Source of the DNA: Paraspadella gotoi
Taxonomy: Eukaryota; Animalia; Chaetognatha
Assembly (NCBI GenBank): GCA_051294375.1
Contig: CM119271.1
Coordinates: 6,573,632-6,637,631, forward strand
Direction: 5' to 3'
Length of the DNA: 64,000 bases
Shown: piece after piece, positions 63,906 through 64,000 of the stretch
How positions within the stretch are numbered: the first letter of the stretch is position 1
Layout of the letters: each line of letters opens with the position of its first letter
Translations under genes and position numbers: made by a program
The notes under the pieces: generated by a model
Seen by the model: only the letters and a program-made list of their open reading frames with translations
Told to the model about the DNA's origin: nothing
The model's database searches: none

Positions 63906-64000
63906 TAAATGGTCAATCGGATTTTTAAATTTTTTTATTTTGTTAAGAATTGACTGAAAAGATGGGAAAATGTAAAGAGAGGAAAGACAAACGCAACACA

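Overview
Compact animal (metazoan-type) nuclear DNA with GC-rich exons, AT-rich spacers and short GT-AG introns. I can support 26 protein-coding genes, and every one is on the minus strand, head-to-tail, often only about 150-420 nt apart. In transcription order: VPS50, DDX51, TBC1D30, a C2H2 zinc-finger gene, HUS1, brambleberry, CUL1, OCRL/INPP5B, TMEM267, COA3, CMC1, BCAP31, MNT, SAAL1, an Ig/mucin-like membrane protein, TFIP11, NTMT1, an MRE11-like gene, SLC35A2/3, SLC35A4, SRSF1, two DHRS1 copies, TCEANC2, TTC1 and GEN1 (truncated by the window edge). Many start codons follow an apparently unpaired splice acceptor. I infer very long polycistronic units (operons) resolved by spliced-leader trans-splicing; this is not proven from DNA alone. 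Other highlights are an MRE11 lacking two canonical metal ligands, a GGA-rich block upstream of SRSF1 that may be autoregulatory, adjacent COA3 and CMC1, a degenerate hAT-like transposon in an MRE11 intron, a TA-flanked MITE and a small TIR element carrying TTAGGG-like repeats. Gene names come from recognising motifs, not from database searches, and exon boundaries were read by eye.
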